Shown here piece by piece: positions 62,601 to 64,000 of a stretch of DNA of 64,000 bases. Every line of letters begins with the position of its first letter. Position 1 is the stretch's first letter. The notes beneath the pieces are model-generated. The model had not been told where the DNA came from and did not search any database. It saw nothing but the letters and a program-made list of their open reading frames with translations. Position numbers and translations under genes: made by a program. Source of the stretch: Azolla caroliniana (lineage: Eukaryota; Plantae; Polypodiophyta); NCBI GenBank assembly GCA_043228905.1, contig JBHGNT010000004.1:20274001-20338000 (forward strand), in the 5' to 3' direction.

Positions 62601-63778
62601 TTTCACACAGTATTCTCTGCATTACTTGTGCCCAGGGTCCCTATATCATTGTACTTAAATCACATTCTAGTCACAGAAGTACAACTTAATTGTGCGTTAT
62701 TTACCAATCATTCCATGAGATTCAAGTGGATGTATCTTTTGTTTTCATAGGCCACTTTGCCCTTTGAAAAATTCATTTCTTTCATTCTCCACAAGCACAT
62801 CCATGACCCATATCCCTTAGAAATGCCCAAGAATCAGCTGGGTTTGCGTCAACTTACTCTTCATATGTTTTTATGACTTTATACAAGAATTTATGAGATG
62901 GAACTTGAGATTATAATGCAAAACTTTGGAAAAACAAAGAACATAAACTGGGAATATAATTTGTTTACCTTTTGGCTTTGGAACAAGATGAGGGCTCCAC
63001 ATATATCCAGTTGGTAGATGTGAAATGGATCCTTGATTCATGTTGAAGTACATTGGATTCAAGTTCAATTCTTTGATTCTAAACTCATTGATAAGGCTTC
63101 GCATTGCCCACCACATAAGTGAGTCCACCACAACGTAAGACATCTGGCAAGGTACAGTTAGTTTACATGCATTTTGTTAAACCATTCATTACAAAAGCTC
63201 TTTTCAAATGCAATCAGGCTGACCTTGTAGCCAGCAAGCTGCTTTACACGTGCCAATGGATGAGGAAATTCATTGGTTGGTCTGAAAAAAAACACTCAAA
63301 ACTCAATACCTTTGTACAATAGAAATCAGTGATTGTATTAAAACACAATATGGCAGAAAAGTTAGGATTCAGATATCTTACGTCCAAGGCATTGTAAAGA
63401 AAATATGCAAGGGAACATTAAGATATTCCGCCACATGTACATGCCCTGCAGAAACCCACACTTCAGTTTTGCAGTCAAAATTCCAGTACTAATGGAGAAG
63501 ATACAACAAGAAAAAAAATGTAACAACAAGAACTAGGACCATATTTGCCATAAGGTATGATATGAAAAATTTATACATGCAAAGATCGAGGATAGAGATT
63601 TGCATACCATATGCAGGAGGATTTGCAATTATTGTGTCAGCTAAGAAAGGAGTACCACTTGGGCCATCAGGCTTAGTGCATGCAGGCAACAATGAGTGTA
63701 TTATGGCTCTTAGCTGTTTCTTTTGAGTTGAGATCTCAGATGGTCCTGACGGTAGAAAACCTTTGTTCTTCACCATAT
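58956..63778 (-). CDS. UGT80B1: Sterol 3-beta-glucosyltransferase, UGT80B1-like (3' 10 exons; 5' part beyond the right edge)
   Basis: Exons 63608-63778, 63382-63445, 63224-63281, 62969-63143, 61255-61385, 61060-61162, 60908-60984, 59888-59935, 59666-59815, 58956-59156, phases consistent. Motifs IIANPPAYGHVHVAE, FFTMPWTPTNEFPHPL, PIYVGFGSL, CPHDWLF, VHHGGAGTTAAGL, PFFGDQPFWG. HLPTGYMWSPH and the C-terminal WCLP favour the B1 clade. Confidence 0.93.
59535..59603. repeat. (CA)n microsatellite
   Basis: Read directly. Confidence 0.95.
61755..62000 (+). repeat. Two degenerate LINE family A 3'-end fragments in a UGT80 intron
   Basis: GTTCTCAAAGATGAGAACATTTTAAGATG...GCCAATTGGCCTCTTACGAGATGTTAAT and TTGTTCTCCAAGATGAGACAACATTTT. 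Confidence 0.7.
62538..62621. other. 84-nt near-perfect inverted repeat (hairpin)
   Basis: TGTAGAGAATACTGTGTGTGAAATAAATCT pairs with AGACTTATTTCACACAGTATTCTCTGCA; inner GGAGGTAG pairs with CTATCTCC; 4-nt loop TATT. Confidence 0.85.
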
Positions 63779-64000
63779 CTGCAAAAGAAAAAACTCTTGA
63801 ATTGTAATATTGTAAAGGGGAGTGATGCCTAACCACTAAATATTAAGTAGCAGCATATGTAAATATCACAGATATATGGTCTCCAACCTAAACCTTATAG
63901 AAAATATAAAAATGCTTATATGTTAATCCTGGAAGGATCAGGTTTCTTCTGTATAAATCATAATGACAAGGGAACCTGAGATGGTCACACAGGCAAAAGA

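Overview
AT-rich eukaryotic (land-plant) genomic DNA with long, TE-filled introns. A fern-like lineage is my inference from the gene architecture and LINE content, not something the sequence proves. I reconstructed four spliced genes by reading splice sites by hand. (1) A SOS1/NHX7-type Na+/H+ antiporter on the minus strand, 13 exons at 2164-20731, running off the left edge. (2) A complete 14-exon, 596-aa AAA+ ATPase on the minus strand (37820-51465). (3) A 3-exon, 162-aa plant-specific uncharacterised protein on the plus strand (55576-56454). (4) The last 10 exons of a UGT80B1-like sterol glucosyltransferase on the minus strand (58956-63778). Introns and intergenic DNA hold three families of APE-RT LINEs with RTEX-like C-termini, including one full-length copy with a TSD. 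They also hold Ty1/copia remnants, L1 remnants, hAT MITEs with 8-bp TSDs and many local duplications. The most interesting signals concern the LINEs: a 3' stem-loop with a compensatory base-pair change across families followed by microsatellite tails, insertion next to (GA)n tracts, a TAAATG stop-start that splits off a short third ORF, and an in-frame chimeric duplication in ORF2. Also notable are a patchwork TE insertion flanked by ~258-bp direct repeats, a candidate Trp-rich N-terminal exon of SOS1 and an intronic 84-nt hairpin.
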